Below the pieces are notes generated by a model. The model was not told the DNA's origin. It was given only the letters and a program-made list of their open reading frames with translations, and searched no databases. DNA of 62,934 bases, counting the filler, from Choristocarpus tenellus KU-1152 (taxonomy: Eukaryota > Protista > Phaeophyceae), in the NCBI GenBank assembly GCA_964200185.2. It is 7 parts of 7 records of this genome, joined end to end, with 100 filler letters (N's around TTAATTAATTAA, not from the genome) between each part and the next. Parts side by side here need not be neighbours in the genome. Positions count along the whole stretch, not along the records: positions 50,915 to 55,669 come from CAXNAD020013181.1; positions 55,770 to 59,089 come from CAXNAD020020830.1; positions 59,190 to 62,934 come from CAXNAD020018183.1; 4 more parts are not named here. One strand, 5' to 3'. Position 1 is the first letter of the stretch, and each line of letters begins with the position of its first letter. Shown here piece after piece: positions 52,341-62,934 of the stretch. A program made the position numbers and the translations under genes.

Positions 52341-53477
52341 TGAAATAGCAAATATATTAATGTTTTCACATTTGTGTGAGAGCCATGTTCCAAAGAAGGT
52401 GTACACTGAAGATAACCTATCTTGAAGAATCTGATATTCATATGACATTTGTTCTTGCATGTTGGATGTAACATCTGCTTGAAGTAAGATCGGGCGGTTT
52501 GAGGGGACCTTGCCAAATCCCCCTAATTCACTTACCACTTGTTCACTCCTTTCCCGAGTGATCTTCTGGGGGATTGCTCTCTCTCTCTCTTGACTTGTCT
52601 CTCTCCTTTTCCTTGCCTCCTGTGGGTTTTCCCGTTCCCCTTCATTGCGAAGAACCTGTCGGCTTGTTTGCATCTGTCTCACGGTGGCAACGACGGCAAT
52701 CGTTCTGAAGTGGAATAGTATTTTTACAGTACTTTTGGGGAAACTCTGAGTATATTGCCCGTACTTTGAGCACCACATATACCACATCATTCAGATTGGC
52801 ATATAGTTCAATCAAGGAGAACATAGAACACGTTCCAAACTACCACCAATCGTTTTCAGAGCTTCGTGGCGGAGGAATACAAAGAGAATGAACCAGACTA
52901 ACAACTACATCCACCTTTCCGTGATCAAGATCCTCAATCGTTTGATGAGGTTATTTTATAAGATGGAAGGAAACTTCTTCACAAATCCTCTGGAATTCTT
53001 GTGGATGCAGATTTCCGAGTGACTGACCAGTGTGTTGTTCAACAATTGATGTCAAAATCCCTTACAACTAACTCCTCCAGTTACCTAGACTGCACATGTA
53101 CCCTCCACAAGGTCTCTAACCACACCACCAGCACCGTCGTCCACGCCACCGGTAACTTTGTCAACGGGGAGACTTGTGCGTATACTTGATCAATGCCGAG
53201 CTAAGGACAGCAGTCGAGGAAAAATCGTCTCCGAATATGGACCTTATTCGGAACTTAACAGAAACGAGGAACATGACGAATGTAAGGCGATCCACACCAA
53301 TTGCCCCGACTACTGCTTTCCCGAAAATGTCGTTAATGAACTCCCCTAAAGATATGCGTCTTCCCTCCACTACAACTGATGTATCGACTCTTCTGACAGG
53401 TTTCCGTATGCATGTCACACCTCAACTTCACGATTCACAACATGATCCATCGACGATTGATAGGGCTTGTATAGCCT

Positions 53478-53822
53478 ATTTGTGCAATTTACCTTGGGAG
53501 GTAATGCTATTTATCAGTAGTAAAGACAAGAAGGTGTGAAGCCTCACACGGTTCCCCATTGCTGAACGTGATTACATGGTTGAAATTAGAAGAGTGAGCA
53601 TTGCGGGGTGTCATCTTATTGCTTGTTTTACTATTATTTTGTGCTTACAGCAGAAGTCAACGGTTATGTCAAAGTGGTTGAATGCAGAATAAAAACCCAT
53701 ACATAATCCCGTTCATAATCCAGATGTACTATCTCATAATTTACATCACATGGACTCAATCAAAATGATAATCTTTGATACATAAAATAAGTTACACCTC
53801 ACTATTGTCCTATTTTGCACAC
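53478..53822. mobile_element. Dispersed ~340-bp repeat, copy 2, inserted in Gypsy gag
   Basis: Colinear match to 26346-26690. Confidence 0.75.
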
Positions 53823-54886
53823 TATTTGCCTCTGATTTTGGATTCAAATGCCAGTATACTATATTTTCAGAATATAGAAGACAAAGTTGTGTGGTGTTCC
53901 CCTGTTCAATTGCGTGCTATTCAAATGCGGAATAATTCCACCAATCCTATTCCCATTGCTGCTCCTAAAATATGGGACTAATTATGTTTTCTAGCCACCG
54001 TAAATATATCGATCAAATTGCTATTGCCGTCTTTGAAGGTGGACGACAACCCCATCTGTTCAGTGAAGTTTCTGCCTCTACATTTTCTGAAGCTATCAAT
54101 CGTGCGAAACGTCATGACGCCAAGAATCCAACGGGAAAACGACATGCCCAAGCACTTGCCCCTGTCACTTCGATTCCGCCAACTAATCCGACTGCTGTAT
54201 CTGGTATTTCCGCCGGTCATTCTTCACAGTTTGCGTTTCCCTCGGCAAAGTTGACTAATCTTCAAGATACAAATGTTCTTGTTGAAAGAAAATTATTTCT
54301 CCCCCAGACACGCTTACTTTGGACCTTGAAAGTGATATACCATGTTTTTTCACATTTTTTTAACGTACCCACCCTACGCTCCAGAATTCCCATATTGAAC
54401 TGATTCCACCAGGTGCAACCAACCTTTGTTCTGCAGATGGCAGTGCTCTGACCATCAATGGGTTTATCAGGTTTTCTCTCCAATTAAGTGATATCACTAT
54501 CTCAGTTGAACCTTTAGTGTTGCCCACCTTAGTACCTGATGATGTTCTTCTTGATAACAGAGTCCTTGATGCTTTTGGAGCGACATATAACTGGCAGGCT
54601 CCTATGCTCGCATTCCAGAAAAATTACCACTGTTATACCTGCCATACATCGTACTAACCTCTCTTCTGATAGTTCACCTCCTTTTCAAATAGCAACAATA
54701 CAAGTGAAAGTTCCATCTGTCCCATTTCTCCTGAGGAAAACACCCCCCAGAATCAGAAACGCTTGTTGCCTGCTCTAAGTGATGAAGTCCCCTTTGATAC
54801 TTGTGATGCTGTTTTAGAACCACGTGTCTGTTCATTTCATGATATAGATTAACTAAATGCCACTGATCCTTGGCAATTTATTTCTA

Positions 54887-55073
54887 GGCTCAAAGTATCT
54901 GGGGGGTGTGTGGCGGCTGTCCATTTGGGGTCAACTTTTCCATATCGCGATTTTTGGGTGATTTGATTGCATATGTCGGATGGATAATGTAAATACACTT
55001 TTCATGATTTTGCACCAATGGACACCCTGGTGTAGACAACCCCTCCCCCCCCCCCCCCCAAGATTCTTTGGTC
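54887..55073. mobile_element. MITE family B nested in Gypsy
   Basis: TSD CTA/CTA. Confidence 0.88.
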
Positions 55074-56435
55074 CTATTGCTCGAACAGTTACAATGTCGG
55101 GTGTTGATGATGGTTCAGAGGTAGTACAAATTATTGATAAATGGGTTGAAGATTTTTTTTAATCAAAGACTAAATGAAGCTCGTTCTATCCCCGTGGGGA
55201 TCCCCTGTTACTATTGTAGCCAAAACAGATGGGACCCCAAGATTCCGCGGTATCATTCGAAGGACCATAAATAAATACCTCATCAAATATTCTTGGCCCA
55301 TGCCCTTACCTGAAGAACATCTTGTTGATTCTATTGGTGCAGCAAAAATTATTTTCTGTTGCAGATATTAAATCAGTCATCAAATTCCGGTGGCGGAAGC
55401 AGATATTGATAAGACTGCTTTGTCATCCATAAAGGAAAGTTTGTATGGAAACGTCTTCCTTTTGGTCTGAGCAATGCCCCCTTTATTTTTCAACGCATGA
55501 TGGCTAGATCTCTATCAGACTTTAGCACGGGTTCAGGTCTGCTTTGTTACTTGGATGATCTCATTCTTTGTTTTGCAACTTGGGATCATCATATAGCTTT
55601 GCTAGAAAAGCTTTTAATGGCCCTTTAAAATGCTGGCCTTACTGACCCAAAGTATCTGGGAGGGGGGGTNNNNNNNNNNNNNNNNNNNNNNNNNNNNNNN
55701 NNNNNNNNNNNNNTTAATTAATTAANNNNNNNNNNNNNNNNNNNNNNNNNNNNNNNNNNNNNNNNNNNNCCCCCAGATATTTTTGGTCATTATAGGTGCT
55801 CAACTTCATGCAAAGATTCTGTGAGCCTGTTCAAGAATGAAACGGCACAATAATGCTGGAACACATGAGGCACGAGGAGGCTGCCAGTAGGCATAGGGTA
55901 TACAAGACCGACATGTGATAGTGGGGGGCAATAGATACACTTATTTGTTGAGCTTGTAGGCAGAGCCAGTTAGTCAATCTTGAAACACATACCTGACTGG
56001 AGCACATACACGAGACCAACAGCCAGTGCTGGTAACCCTAATACAAGTTTCAATGCAGTGAGCAGAAATGCGATACGAAAAAGGTGGTACTAGTGACCAG
56101 TTAGAGCTGGTTGTCCGAGTTCTTGGCCTACCAAAGGGTCATGTGTCATGTGACAGGTCTGTATATATATATATCAATTCTTCCTGTTCTAACCCAACCA
56201 CAAATATATGCATAAATATGAGAAGATATTGTAATAGCCCAACCATTCTCATGAGAATGAGAGCTGGCACTATCAATGCACTCAGTACAACCAGACATGA
56301 CGCTTCACTACTCAGACAGATTTACATTGTACACCCATGAGTAGCATCCATAACCCTTCTATTAAGGACCACTTGGTGGGATTAAGTACATCAATCATAT
56401 GACAAAATGCTCTTGTATGTTGTCTCTACTCCTTC

Positions 56436-56510
56436 CTACTCACGACGTGGCCTCGAGACTCAGCCAGCCTACCTACTCACGACGTGGCCTCGAGACTCAG
56501 CCAGCCTACC
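56436..56510. repeat. ~37-bp tandem duplication
   Basis: CCTACTCACGACGTGGCCTCGAGACTCAGCCAGCCTA x2. Confidence 0.9.
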
Positions 56511-58042
56511 TGCCTCCAGTAGTTCTCTATCATCTTATCTTAAACAGCTATCAACCAGTACACATAAAAATACTAGAGATCAGCCACAATGGGTCACACA
56601 CAGGGTAGAAGTACATCTTCTGCCTACATGTACGTTTATATGTGGGGGTTCTCTTGTGCAACCTACGAAACTAAACAATTGAGAAACCAATCACATATAC
56701 TTTGGCATAGAAGTACAAACATCTAATGCTTTTTCAGGTTATGGAGCTGTTCTCAATAGAGTGGGTTCTAGGCACCGAATGCAAAACACACTACGTAGTA
56801 TGTATGTATACAGTCTAACATTAGAATCATGAGAATATGCATACAGACAATGGGCATCACTAGCCAACTGTGTTTAGATGTCAATCACAGGACAGTGTCA
56901 CCAAGCAAATGTGTACATGATGTATTCCCTTCAACTTGTATCAATTGTAATAACATGCTGTAGTGTGCACTATATGTTGATAGACATCTGGCATGCTACA
57001 GGTAAGGATTGTAACATAATTGCAGATTGCCATACAATAGCGGACACAGTCATCAAACATTCGTGTCATTGCCACCTGAGCTCTGGCTCCAGTGATAATA
57101 TATTGCAGAGTATGCCAGGATGCAATCCCTGGCACTGACAGACATGGGACTGGACTCGATTCTTTGGTGTGAGACTGTAAATGAAGACACACCTCCTTGA
57201 ACTAAGTGTAATATGTTGATGCTGGAGCTAATATATGCTGGTAAATCAGATGTGCCGTTTTTGCTATGATCGTTTATTTCCGTCTATCGCATATTTTCCA
57301 AACACTTTTCTTTTGTTGCATCTCAGATGACAATTCATCCTTCAAGCCTTTCATGTGATTAACAATTACAGACTAGTTCTAGCTAGATACTCAATGGATA
57401 AAAGAATCCACACATCATTTATCTTGACTCCACAGGCAATAGAATCAAGTGAACTGCAAATGTGGACCAAATCTGTCGTAGAGTGCAATCCTATGATTTT
57501 GACAGTACCAGTACAACAATATGGAAACAACAGAAAATACACCAAAGTAGTTTATCCAACAATAGTGTACAACTATAACCCGAGGGGTCCATATATACAC
57601 CAAAGCAAATGCAACAAACATCTGTAATCTTCAAGTAACAGCAGTCGTGTCAGCAACAGTGAAAACAGAGGAAGCAAGTACGGATTTTGTACTGTGCTTC
57701 TACTATGAATTCTGTGTTGCACTTTCTCTAACAATCCACACACTCTGGAAATTAGGCAGTGTAAAAAAAATGAACTGCTTAAGACTCCAGGAAAAAGTTC
57801 CCAGTCATCAAAATTCTCTCTACACGCAAAGACCCCCTATAAACAAGAGCATATATAGTGAACAGGAGTCTAGTACTGAGTATAATTATGGTATGAATTC
57901 ACACATGTATCAATTCGTGAACGAGGGTACAGGAGAAGCAAACAAATATCCATCAGAAGAGAAACCTGTTGAAGGGGTGCACTCTCTGCCGTAATTGCCC
58001 CTGCGTCACTTAAGGGGTTCAAAAATATTCCTAAAAGAATCA

Positions 58043-58204
58043 TCACGTCAATCTCACCCCTGCCCCAGTAAAATACGACACGATAATAAGGGTACCACAA
58101 GCCTCCAGGAGAGGTACAGGCTGGTCTAGGAAGACAAGATCGAAGATAAAGGCAAACATTACTTGACAGTTAAGGCCCGAGCTCACTTTTGCTGTGATGT
58201 CCTC
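58043..58204 (-). pseudogene. Possible EamA/DMT transporter C-terminal exon or relic
   Basis: After cacag|: EDITAKVSSGLNCQVMFAFIFDLVFLDQPVPLLEACGTLIIVS, resembling the DMT Q..FAF..D.....G..LI helix pair; no partner exons found. Confidence 0.35.
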
Positions 58205-59025
58205 CTGTGAATTTTGATTCCCCCTGCTTGGAACGATGACATCAATAAATTTCAGTGAAATAAAATGGACAAAAGGCAGGAGATAGGATATAGGGACAAG
58301 CAAAAAGTACCAGATAGGTTGCAAAAAGAAGGGTCTCAATTTCCAGCAAGGCATGGTTCCTGCAATGGGCAGTGTTTTCAAGGCGTTGCAACTTTCAGAT
58401 GTGAAATTAATAATATTGCTAACAACAAAGTGCATAAAATATCCGCTCAATGACCACTCCAAAGGAGAAGCGAAGGAAGGCGTTTACTCCCACAGTATGG
58501 CTTAGTTGGTGTTGTGAACTCTGACAATTCAATCGGCTTCATACTTGAGAACAAATGAGAACCAAACCGAAAAGTTTTAGTTATTTGTTCTTGTTTTGTT
58601 TTGTCAGGGATAGTGCAACCAATAGTGTCAAGAAGTGAGAGAACTACAAAACCTACTACATCATCACGAAGTGTCAGCACCCGAAACTCACTACACATTC
58701 TTGGCTTCCGAAGTCTCTGAGATATTGGAGGCTTTAACGTATTTTGCCTTGAAGTGAGACACATTCAATCGCAATCGGCTTCTGTTCCCCCGGATTCTCA
58801 CATTTCAATATTGTTGGTGATAATTTTCTACACAATTTGATGTAATCCATAGATACATTTGGTTCTCAGCACTAGTGACAAAGCAATGAGCTCAACAATC
58901 CATGAAAATGAACCAATGGCTTATTAATGAGTTGAACCAACTTGATCCTTCCGTCAAGTTGAAGATGCTAACTGTGTCATATGCAGGATGAGTCTCAGAC
59001 TTTACAATGCTCTCAGTGGTATCAT

Positions 59026-59089
59026 GACTCAAAGTATCTGGGGGGGGGGGTGGCGGTTGTCCGTTTGGGACCGATTTTTTCATCTTGCG
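59026..59089. mobile_element. MITE family B fragment at contig end
   Basis: GACTCAAAGTATCTG(G)nTGGCGG; similar stubs at 1-25, 25320-25352, 50950-50977, 55644-55669 and 55770-55788. Confidence 0.75.
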
Positions 59090-59379
59090 NNNNNNNNNNN
59101 NNNNNNNNNNNNNNNNNNNNNNNNNNNNNNNNNTTAATTAATTAANNNNNNNNNNNNNNNNNNNNNNNNNNNNNNNNNNNNNNNNNNNNAATATCATGAA
59201 AAATGATTAATGATATAAGTAAAAGATAGTTATCTTTTCTTAATTGTTGGGAGAGGTTACCCAATTAAAAAAAAAAGAAAAAAAAAACAGCATGAAAATC
59301 AAAGCAGAAAGTAAGACGCACGATCTAAAAGTTGGGAAGTAGAATACAAACAATAAAATCGGCACACACACACACACAT

Positions 59380-59411
<32 letters not shown>

Positions 59412-59704
59412 GACAGGGAAGGGAAAAATAATCTATAAGCGACAAGAAGTACAACGTGAAAGACGAGGAAAAAAAAAAATCACGAAAATCAGAACACAAA
59501 CGACAAAACACGGACAGAACAAAAATTCGATAAAGACGTGAAAATGAAGGGAAAAAAAAATGTACAAAAATCGGAACAAAAATGACAAACTGCGAATTCA
59601 AAAACAAAAAACTTGATGCACAAATAACACAATAACCATGACAATGAAAAGGTAGAAGTGATCCTGCATGCCAATTCAGCACAAAAAAAATGAAAAAAAA
59701 TTAC

Positions 59705-61920
59705 CTCGGGCCTTCCATGTTGTACCAATCCAGCGACACTTTGCTCACACACCTAACCTCATGCCCTAAGCTCTCCATGGCCAGCACCCTCGCCGTATCC
59801 CTGATAAATATCGATATGCCGATATACCAACAGGACAAGAGAGGAAAGACAGAGAGCAGGCGGAGGAATCAATCAGAGACACTTTTAGACCATTTCTTAG
59901 AAGAAGATGCCTCAAACGAATGATACCTGCTCATGCAGACTTTACTAAAGAATCATCCAGGTCTTACCTGCTCATGCAGAATTTACAAAAGAATCATCCA
60001 GGTCTACAACTAACTCGCTTCCAATTACACATTCCAAACTGCTCTATTTAAATTCAGAGACATTTAAGACCATTTCAAACACATTGTGAACAAGCATTGA
60101 CTCTACTCATCCACACTTAAAACAAGACCATGTATCCAAACAAGCACAAACTACTCTAATGAAAAAACTAAACCCTTTCTCTTCCTCATGTAGGAAATAG
60201 CACTAAGAACAAGAGTATCTCCTCCAAAAAAATTGGGGGGCAGGAGGGCGAATCTCATTCCCCATCCAACATGTTGGAAATCCTGTATGGCATATATTGG
60301 AGCTACCTGGTGACCCCCACCCAGAACTCAAACTTATCTCAATCTTTTTGAAAGGGCATCATATCCCAGACCACCTTTAATGAGAAGTCCCAAATACCAA
60401 AAAAAAAAAGAGTTACTACATATTCAAATAAATATATATATTTATTTATTTGCATTTCTTAGCCGGCATGCAGTACGAAATAGAGAGTACAATAATAAAA
60501 AATATATATTATCTTACAATTCTTGGGATGCATAGAATTATATTTGAACACTACAAATTTTTACGTATAACCGCAAAAAAAACAGTAAAAAACAGTACTG
60601 GTCATGCAAGGGGTGAAATATAAAAAAGATTGACGTCTTGTTAAAAAAAAAACATCCCAGAGTACTTGATAAAATAAAAAAGTAAAATATCAACAGGCTG
60701 TCGAGGCACAGACAATCCTCCTATAAAATAAATAAAAAAGTACTGAGAAGGAAGGGTTGGTCACATGCAGGCAGGCGTACAGGGCCGAGCAGAGGAGACT
60801 GGGAAATTTTCTGCTGAACAGGAGGTATTCACAAACTATGTTGAAATAGGAGATAAAAATGGAACAATAAACAAAAATAATAATTTGTAGGAAGTCCTTG
60901 GTTGTAAGCATCAAATGCTGTAAACTCTGCAGACGTGGTTGCTGTGCTCTCCCATGTGCTTGTCTTCTAACTCACAAAATGCCAGAAAAAATGTAGTCAG
61001 CTTTGCCCATATACACATATATATAGGTACATACACATACATAATACATACATACACATACATAAACACACACACATACATACATACATACATACACATG
61101 TCCACATAGCACATCAAATGAAGTTGTTTGGGCAATGAATCACAAATAGATACTGCATTATAGTAAAATAACTGTTAGAATGATACACTTGACTTAAAGC
61201 ACTTTCAAAAAAGATACAATGACGTACTAACACACACAACAAAAAATGAAAGATATTTTGGGGGACATCTTGTTGGCCCTTGAGACACCTACTCTACTTT
61301 GGAGAACATCAGATAAACAGACCAATCAATTTCAGAACAAAACACTCACATCACACTTTTGAGATATGCTGACCCAGAGGAAAAAGAAGGATAGATACAA
61401 TAGAAGAGAGCCTGCACTGCTTAGAGTATAAACTCACTATGCATGAGTTCTCACAATGTATATATATATATATATATATTTATTTATTTTTAAGAATCAG
61501 ATGCCTTCCTACATCATACAACTAACAGTTGATATATTAAATAAATATCGTAAATCAAGAAACACATGACACAGCTGTGCTGCCATTTGATAGATAATAC
61601 GGAGGTGGTCTACCATCTATAAATCAATTCATTTACTAATTAATGCAAAATAATCAATAGCATAATTGAATAATCAACTAACTGATTAATGCAATAATCA
61701 ATCAATCAACAACAACTGTACCAGGACGGATTCGTCCCAAGAAAAAAAAGAAAAATCTGCAAACAGAACCAATAATTCGGAAAGTACAAAAAAAATTACA
61801 TCTCTAAAAAATAAAGAGCCAAAAATATCCAAAAAAAAAATACTGTCTTGTACTCAAAATAGTAAGACATAAAAAGCAACCAACATATAAATAAATCAAT
61901 TAACCAACAAAGCAAAAAAC

Positions 61921-61959
<39 letters not shown>

Positions 61960-62185
61960 TCATGCCTCATAATATAATAACAAACCTGAGCGGATTCATG
62001 TTGGTCTCATCGACATCATCCCTGACCAGCATCTCAGTGCTCTCGAACACCTCCGTCCCCGTCTGCCTCCCCCCCCTCCCCCCGTTGCTCATCCGGTCGT
62101 AACCGCCCACCCTAGTCGTCCCCAAAAAAAGGATGCTCAGTCGCCTCCGGAGGCGAGCATCCCGGGCTTCAACACGGACCTTCTC
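59705..62185 (-). CDS. Fragment of a spliced hypothetical gene (two exons: ~61986-62185 and 59705-59800)
   Basis: GC-rich open exons in AT-rich flanks. Phase-2 join ag|gtttg...tcag|g gives ...RRRLSILFLGTT...NMNPL-R-DTARVLAMESLGHEVRCVSKVSLDWYNMEGP; second donor |gtaatt. Confidence 0.5.
59923..60005. repeat. 41-bp tandem duplication
   Basis: TACCTGCTCATGCAGA...AAGAATCATCCAGGTCT x2. Confidence 0.85.
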
Positions 62186-62527
62186 CTTCAAAATATCACC
62201 ATTTCGTTTCGAGGGCACGGAAAGTCAGTGGGTAGGTACAACAAGGTTTGGGAACAGGGCAGGACAAAGGGGGTTTCGCAAAGGTTACAGAGCATGGAGA
62301 TACGCATCGGGTCTCTTGATTACTGTCTGGAGCTTGATCGATCCATTTACAGCTGGTTGAATCCTACTTCTTTTGTTTGTTTTTTTTGTTTTTTTCTAGG
62401 GGGGCAGGGAATGGGGGGGGGGCTGGAATTGGGATGATGGGGCTTGGGGTCGGCTGGTAGGGTCTTCGGTTAGGCACGCAGGGAGTTGCTATAAAGTGCA
62501 ACCTTGATGTGGGAATGGACGCATCCA

Positions 62528-62621
62528 CAATAATAATAATAATAATAATAATAATAGTAATAATAATAGCAATAGCAATAGCAACAGTAATAGTAATAGT
62601 GGTAATAATAATAATAATAAT
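62528..62621. repeat. (AAT)n/(AATAGY)n microsatellite
   Basis: Directly visible. Confidence 0.9.
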
Positions 62622-62934
62622 ATATCATTTTTTATTTATTTTTTTACAGTTAGGCTGTTACACAGGGGAGCAAAGGGGCTGTGCTACGTGAGTTGGGATT
62701 TGGTTTGCGGATTGCAAACAGCAAACAGCGTTTCCCATCTAGGGTTAGGGCAGTTTCACCCGGGGAGGGGGTGACAGGTGACGTCTGATCCTCTGTGACA
62801 CGAATGATAGCACAGTTACCTGACCTCACACATTTTTTAACTTGGGGGGGGGGGGGTTCTTTTGGCGACTCAAAAGGTTAGGGTTAAAGGGGGGGGGGGG
62901 GGGGGGAGGTATACTAACTCCCTTGAGGACACAT

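Larger units (their letters stand above)
52500..55643 (+). mobile_element. Ty3/Gypsy relic (LTR end/PBS-like site, gag, RT)
   Basis: RT: SPWGSPVTIVAKTDGTPRF...HQIPVAEADIDKTA...LPFGLSNAPFIFQRMM...CYLDDLIL (55174-55640). PBS-like (c)GGTGGCAACGACGG at ~52682. Confidence 0.82.

Noticed and set aside
4139-55073. MITEs as introner elements
   Set aside because: All copies in the intact gene lie inside existing introns, and their ends lack GT/AG splice-site geometry.
10824-59189. Recurrent TTAATTAATTAA motif
   Set aside because: Always embedded in 44+44 Ns; an artificial concatenation linker, not biology.
62509-62691. Poly-Ile membrane peptide ORF
   Set aside because: Translation of an (AAT)n microsatellite.

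Overview
Repeat-rich eukaryotic DNA with GT-AG introns of 0.3-4 kb and interstitial (CCCTAA)n fragments; it looks like a stramenopile, probably a brown alga (inference). The window is seven contigs joined by artificial 100-bp N/TTAATTAATTAA/N linkers, so adjacency across linkers means nothing. One intact host gene can be rebuilt by hand: a 5'-incomplete, 17-exon minus-strand gene (49433->29561, 755 aa + stop) with a CBM-like, IPT/TIG-like, FN3 and legume (L-type) lectin architecture. There is also a fragment of a second spliced gene (62185->59705). The rest is mostly decayed mobile DNA: two mariner (DD39D-type, Stowaway-like TIR) relics, two Copia, two Gypsy, RTE/APE LINE relics, an RLE (CRE-like) non-LTR 3' end and a 485-bp foldback. 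The most striking signal is a set of about 35 full or partial MITE copies in three related families. They share a G(A/G)STCAAAGTA-like terminus and are flanked by sequence-nonspecific target-site duplications that are 3 bp in some copies and 4 bp in others, even within one family. Two insertions are validated because removing them restores host reading frames. The copies also show strong CpG->TpG/CpA decay, pointing to CG methylation of repeats.
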